Source: an uncultured delta proteobacterium
GTDB taxonomy: Bacteria > Myxococcota > UBA727 > VGSZ01
NCBI GenBank assembly: GCA_963775425.1
Contig: CAVZJB010000005.1
Span: forward strand, 32,001 to 96,000
DNA length: 64,000 nucleotides
Reading direction: 5' to 3'
This document shows, in pieces, positions 60,290 to 64,000 of the stretch. A program made the translations under genes and the position numbers. Numbering within the stretch: the first letter of the stretch is position 1; the number at the start of each line of letters is the position of its first letter. The notes beneath the pieces are model-generated. The model did no database searches and had not been told where the DNA came from. It worked only from the letters and a program-made list of their open reading frames with translations.

Positions 60290-61111
60290 ATGGTCGACAA
60301 CAAGACGGACGCGAGCGGGATCGGTGTCCTGAGCCTCTACGTCATCGAGGGCTCCGTCGTCGCCTTCATCCTCACGCGCGCGCTGGCCCTGCAGGGGAAC
60401 GCCTTCGCCCTCGCCGCCACGGCCACCGCCACCGTGGTGCTCGCGCTCTGGGCCGGCGGCTGGCCCACCTACGCGCGCATGAAGGAGCTCGACGCCGACG
60501 CCGCGCAGCGCGCGCTGCATCCGGGCTCCACGTTCCGCGGACGGATGCCGCCGAGCGGCGCCGCCGGCGCCCTGTGGAGCGCGGCGCGCTACACCGTCGG
60601 CGCCCTCTTCGCCGCGGAGCGCGCGCTCTACGAAAAGACGCGCGTCGTCTTTCGCCCGCCGCTCGCGGCCGCGTGGTTCGTCGCCGGCGCGTGCGCCGTC
60701 GTCTTCCTTCCGAGGTGCGCGCCGCCGCCCCAGGCCGAGGCGCCCGTCGCCGACGTCGACCCGGCGCCGCCGCCGCTCCCCGTCGAGACCGACCCCTACG
60801 CCTGCCCCAAGGGCACCGAGAAGCGCGGCGCGGCGCCGCCCGACGGACACGAGCTGTGGTGCGAGCGCGACGGGCACAAGGACGGCCCCTACCGCAAGTG
60901 GTTCGACGATCCCGGCGAGCGCCTCGCCATCCAGGGCGCCTACGTCGACGGCAAGCGTGACGGCATGTGGCGCGCCTGGTACTCGAGCGGCGCCAGGAAG
61001 AACGAGGGCGCTTTCAAAGACGGCGCACCCGACGGGCATCACCTCGGCTGGAACGAGGACGGCAAGAAGATCCTCGACGTCACCTACGACAACGGCAAGG
61101 AGATGCGCTAG
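60290..61111 (+). CDS. Membrane protein with C-terminal MORN-variant (YwqK-like) repeats
   Basis: N-terminal TM helices; DGPYRKW, GAYVDGKRDGMW..WYSSG, GAFKDG, YDNGK. Confidence 0.75.
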   Translation: MVDNKTDASGIGVLSLYVIEGSVVAFILTRALALQGNAFALAATATATVVLALWAGGWPTYARMKELDADAAQRALHPGSTFRGRMPPSGAAGALWSAARYTVGALFAAERALYEKTRVVFRPPLAAAWFVAGACAVVFLPRCAPPPQAEAPVADVDPAPPPLPVETDPYACPKGTEKRGAAPPDGHELWCERDGHKDGPYRKWFDDPGERLAIQGAYVDGKRDGMWRAWYSSGARKNEGAFKDGAPDGHHLGWNEDGKKILDVTYDNGKEMR

Positions 61112-61139
61112 CGAGCCGTTCGCCGCGGCGCCGCCCGGT

Positions 61140-62399
61140 TCAGCGGAGGTACTTCCTGGCGAGCTGCTCCTGCCGCGTTTCGAGCGACGTCTTGTCGCCG
61201 TCGATGAGCACCATGTCCGCCCAGGTCGTGGTCTCGAAGGGATCCCCCGACCACAACACGAGGTTCGCGCGCTGGCCCGGCGCGATGACGCCGACGTCGC
61301 CGACGCCGAAGATGCGCGCGGGGTTCTGCGTGATCGCGCGCAGGGCGCCGGCGTGGGTCATGCCGTAGCTGACGGCGACGCCGGCCTCCTGCCGCACGCG
61401 GGTGGTGCCGAGGTCGGTGGCGCCCGACGAGAGGGCGAGGGTGACGCCGGCCTTCTCGAGGAGCGCGGGCGCGTCGTCGCGGGCGCGCAGCGCGTCGAAG
61501 CTGTAGGGCTCCGCCGACATCGGCTGCAGGATCACGGGCACCTTGGCCTGCGCCAGCTCCTTGGCGACCAGCCACGCCTCGGCGCCGCCGTTCACCACCA
61601 CGCGGATGCGCTGCTCCTTGGCGAACGCGAGCAGCGCGCGGATGTCCGCGGCGCGGTCGACGTCGAACACCAGCGGCAGCTTGCCGTTGACGACGTCGAT
61701 GAGCGCCTCGAGGTGCACGCGCGGCAGCGTGAGCGGCCGGGCGGCGGCGCGGTCGTAGGCCGCCTTGTTCTTCGCGTAGAAGCGCACGTCGTCGAAGATC
61801 TCGCGCAGGCGCAACAAGACGCCGCCGCGCGCGCCCCCCGCGCTGTCGGCGGCGGCGCTGCCGAAGCCGCCGAACATCGCCGCCCGCCTGGCGCGCGCGG
61901 GCGAGTCGGGCGCGCCGCTGAGGTCGACGGCGTAGCCCTGGCCGTACAAGAGCGCGCCGCGCGGCGTGAGGATCTCGGTGGTGATTCCCTCGGCGCGATC
62001 GATCACCACGCGCGGCGACGCAGGGTTGAAGCCGTCGATGGCGCGAAAGGCGGGCACCGCCTGCCCGTCGACGTGCGCGTCCGCGGTCTCCTTCTCGGCG
62101 TTGACCTCGACGAGGCCCACCTGCGCGTCCGTGGCCACGAGCCCGGGCGTGAGCACGCGCCCCTTGCCGTCGACGACCTCCGCGCCCGCGGGCACCCTCG
62201 CGCCGGCGCCGGCGGCGACGATCCTGCCGCGGGCGACGACGACGGTGCCGTCGCCGACGACGTGGCCGTCGCCGTCCTCGATGCGGACGTGGGTGAACGC
62301 GATGGCTTTGGCGGCGGCCGTCGCGGCCGGTGCAGCGAGCGCGGGCGCGGCCGCCGTGCAGGCGACGATCGCGAGCATGACGGACAGGGCGGTCTTCAT
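61140..62399 (-). CDS. Secreted amidohydrolase-family protein, probably non-catalytic
   Basis: Signal peptide; DGKGRVLTPGLV followed by ATDAQ instead of DxHxH; AITQNPARIFG, ANLVLWSGDPF. Confidence 0.8.
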   Translation of the reverse strand: MKTALSVMLAIVACTAAAPALAAPAATAAAKAIAFTHVRIEDGDGHVVGDGTVVVARGRIVAAGAGARVPAGAEVVDGKGRVLTPGLVATDAQVGLVEVNAEKETADAHVDGQAVPAFRAIDGFNPASPRVVIDRAEGITTEILTPRGALLYGQGYAVDLSGAPDSPARARRAAMFGGFGSAAADSAGGARGGVLLRLREIFDDVRFYAKNKAAYDRAAARPLTLPRVHLEALIDVVNGKLPLVFDVDRAADIRALLAFAKEQRIRVVVNGGAEAWLVAKELAQAKVPVILQPMSAEPYSFDALRARDDAPALLEKAGVTLALSSGATDLGTTRVRQEAGVAVSYGMTHAGALRAITQNPARIFGVGDVGVIAPGQRANLVLWSGDPFETTTWADMVLIDGDKTSLETRQEQLARKYLR

Positions 62400-63916
62400 G
62401 GCGTCACCCCCGTCCCCACCTCGAAGTCGGTGCGCTGCGAGACGCCCGCCTTGCGATCGAACACCAGCGCGCCGTCGATGTAGACCTGCGCCGTCTTCGC
62501 GTAGACCGAGAACGGGTCGTGGTCCCAGACCACGACGTCGGCCATCTTCCCCTCGGTGAGCGTGCCGGTCTTGTCGTCGACACCGAGCGCCCAGGCCGGG
62601 TTGGCGGTGATCCAGCGCAGCGCCTCGTTCTCGTCGATCTGGATGCCCATGCGCCGGCCCGCGGTCATCGCCTTTCCCGCCTCCTGGTTGAGGTGGCGGA
62701 TCTCCGACTCGCTGTCGCTGTGGATGATGGCGCGCACCCCGGCCTCGCTCAGCATGGCCGCGTTCTGCGGGACGCCGTCGTAGGACTCCATCTTGAAGCC
62801 CCACCAGTCGTCCCACGTCGACACCGCCACGCCCTCGGCCGCGAGCCTGTCGCGGATCTTGTAGGCCTCGACGGCGTGATGGAACGAGCGGATCTTGAAG
62901 CGGAACTCCTTGGCGAGGTCGAGCATGATGCTCATCTCGTCGGCGCGGTAGCAGTGGTTGTGCACGAGGATCTTTCCGTCGAGCACCGCGGCCAGGGTCT
63001 CGAGCTCGAGGTTGCGCGCCGGCGGCTCCGGCGGATCCACCGGCGCGGGATCGCTCTCGGGCTTGAGCGCGTCCTTCGCCGCGGTGCGCGCGAGCTTCTG
63101 CTTCCACAGGTCGAGGTCGCGCGCGTACTTCGCCCAGCGACGGCGGTATTCGGTGGCGTCCTGAAACGCTTTGCGGAAGCCCGCGATGTCTCCCATGCGC
63201 GTCTGCGGGCCGCCCTTGTTCCCGTAGACGCGCTTGGGGTTTTCCCCGCACGCCATCTTCAAGCCCTGCGGCGCGCCGGGGAACCGCATCTCGCGCGCGG
63301 AGCGGCCGAGCTTGAGCTTGGCGATGAAGCTCCTGCCGCCGATGAGGTTGGCGCTGCCGGGCAAGACCTGGATGGTGGTGATGCCGCCGCGCACCGCGCG
63401 CGTGAGCGCGGGGTCCTGCGGCCAGAAGGAGTGCTCGGCCCAGACGTAGCCCGTCGTCGGCCGCACCGCCTCGTTGCCGTCGTCGTTGCCGCGCGTCTCG
63501 GGCAGCGGGTAGACACCCATGTGCGAGTGCGTGTCGATGATGCCCGGCGTGATGAACATGCCGGTGGCGTCGACGACGCGCACGCCGGCAGACGCCGTGC
63601 CCGGTCCGTCGCCGACGGCGGCGATCTTCCCGTCCCGCAGCAGCACGTGTCCCTTGGTGTAGACCTTGCCCGTCGCCGTCATGACCGTGCCGTTTTGCAG
63701 CAGCACCGCCGGCGGCGGCGGCCCCTTCGGGGTGACGTCGGGCGGCGTCGCCGGGGCGACGTACGCGGGGAACGGCGCGGGTCGCGGCAGCTTCGGCAGC
63801 TTCGCGAGCGCGTCCGCCGGCGTCGACGGCGCGGCGGGTGTCGTCGCGCACGCGGCGGCGGCGACGACGACGACGAGGGTGAACGGGTGAATCGCGCGAG
63901 TGGACGTGCGAGGCAT
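62396..63916 (-). CDS. Amidohydrolase-family lipoprotein
   Basis: AAAAC lipobox; TPGIIDTHSH, KMACGENPK, HNHCY, FHHAVE, IHSDS, TANPA. Confidence 0.88.
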   Translation of the reverse strand: MPRTSTRAIHPFTLVVVVAAAACATTPAAPSTPADALAKLPKLPRPAPFPAYVAPATPPDVTPKGPPPPAVLLQNGTVMTATGKVYTKGHVLLRDGKIAAVGDGPGTASAGVRVVDATGMFITPGIIDTHSHMGVYPLPETRGNDDGNEAVRPTTGYVWAEHSFWPQDPALTRAVRGGITTIQVLPGSANLIGGRSFIAKLKLGRSAREMRFPGAPQGLKMACGENPKRVYGNKGGPQTRMGDIAGFRKAFQDATEYRRRWAKYARDLDLWKQKLARTAAKDALKPESDPAPVDPPEPPARNLELETLAAVLDGKILVHNHCYRADEMSIMLDLAKEFRFKIRSFHHAVEAYKIRDRLAAEGVAVSTWDDWWGFKMESYDGVPQNAAMLSEAGVRAIIHSDSESEIRHLNQEAGKAMTAGRRMGIQIDENEALRWITANPAWALGVDDKTGTLTEGKMADVVVWDHDPFSVYAKTAQVYIDGALVFDRKAGVSQRTDFEVGTGVTP

Positions 63917-63986
63917 GCGGCGGAGCCTAGCTCGAACCCACGCCGCGCTGGCGACAGCCCGCGAAAGAAACCCTATGATCGCGGAC

Positions 63987-64000
63987 ATGGAGCGCGACGA
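63987..64000 (+). CDS. Probable start of a gene running off the window
   Basis: TATGAT (63974-79), 7 nt, then ATGGAGCGCGAC; matches the leaderless pattern in this window. Confidence 0.4.

Noticed and set aside
60290-61111. Toxin-antitoxin system implied by YwqK-like repeats
   Set aside because: MORN-variant repeats are common scaffolds, and no toxin gene is adjacent

Overview
Very GC-rich (roughly 70-75% by eye) bacterial chromosome segment, most consistent with a Myxococcota/deltaproteobacterial genome: a MYXO-CTERM-like protease, CarF, three Hanks-type Ser/Thr kinases, PEGA proteins, Cys-rich lipoproteins and DUF1592/DUF1552 pairs. About 49 CDS and one tRNA-Lys(CTT) are supported. Housekeeping genes (gatC, glgP, cysK, mutM, rlmD-like) are mixed with envelope and signalling genes. 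I see no CRISPR array, prophage or transposase. Most interesting observations: (1) a protein at 38082-39395 whose C-terminal half resembles fungal heme-thiolate peroxygenases (UPO/CPO) with a caleosin-like segment, coupled to a small partner gene; (2) a TANNNT box 6-8 nt upstream of at least 12 start codons with no Shine-Dalgarno, suggesting pervasive leaderless mRNAs, plus an overlapping bidirectional promoter and two sigma54-like promoters; (3) a PLD lipoprotein / Omp85 barrel / secreted hydrolase-like operon whose two junctions share an identical 16-mer; (4) recurrent pairs of a membrane-hairpin (PEGA/TPR-like) protein and a surface lipoprotein; (5) tandem duplicated DUF1592-DUF1552 cytochrome modules; (6) a 112-bp TAA-flanked MITE at the mutM stop codon, a REP-like repeat and a frameshifted PEGA gene. 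All product calls come from recognising motifs by eye; no database searches were run.
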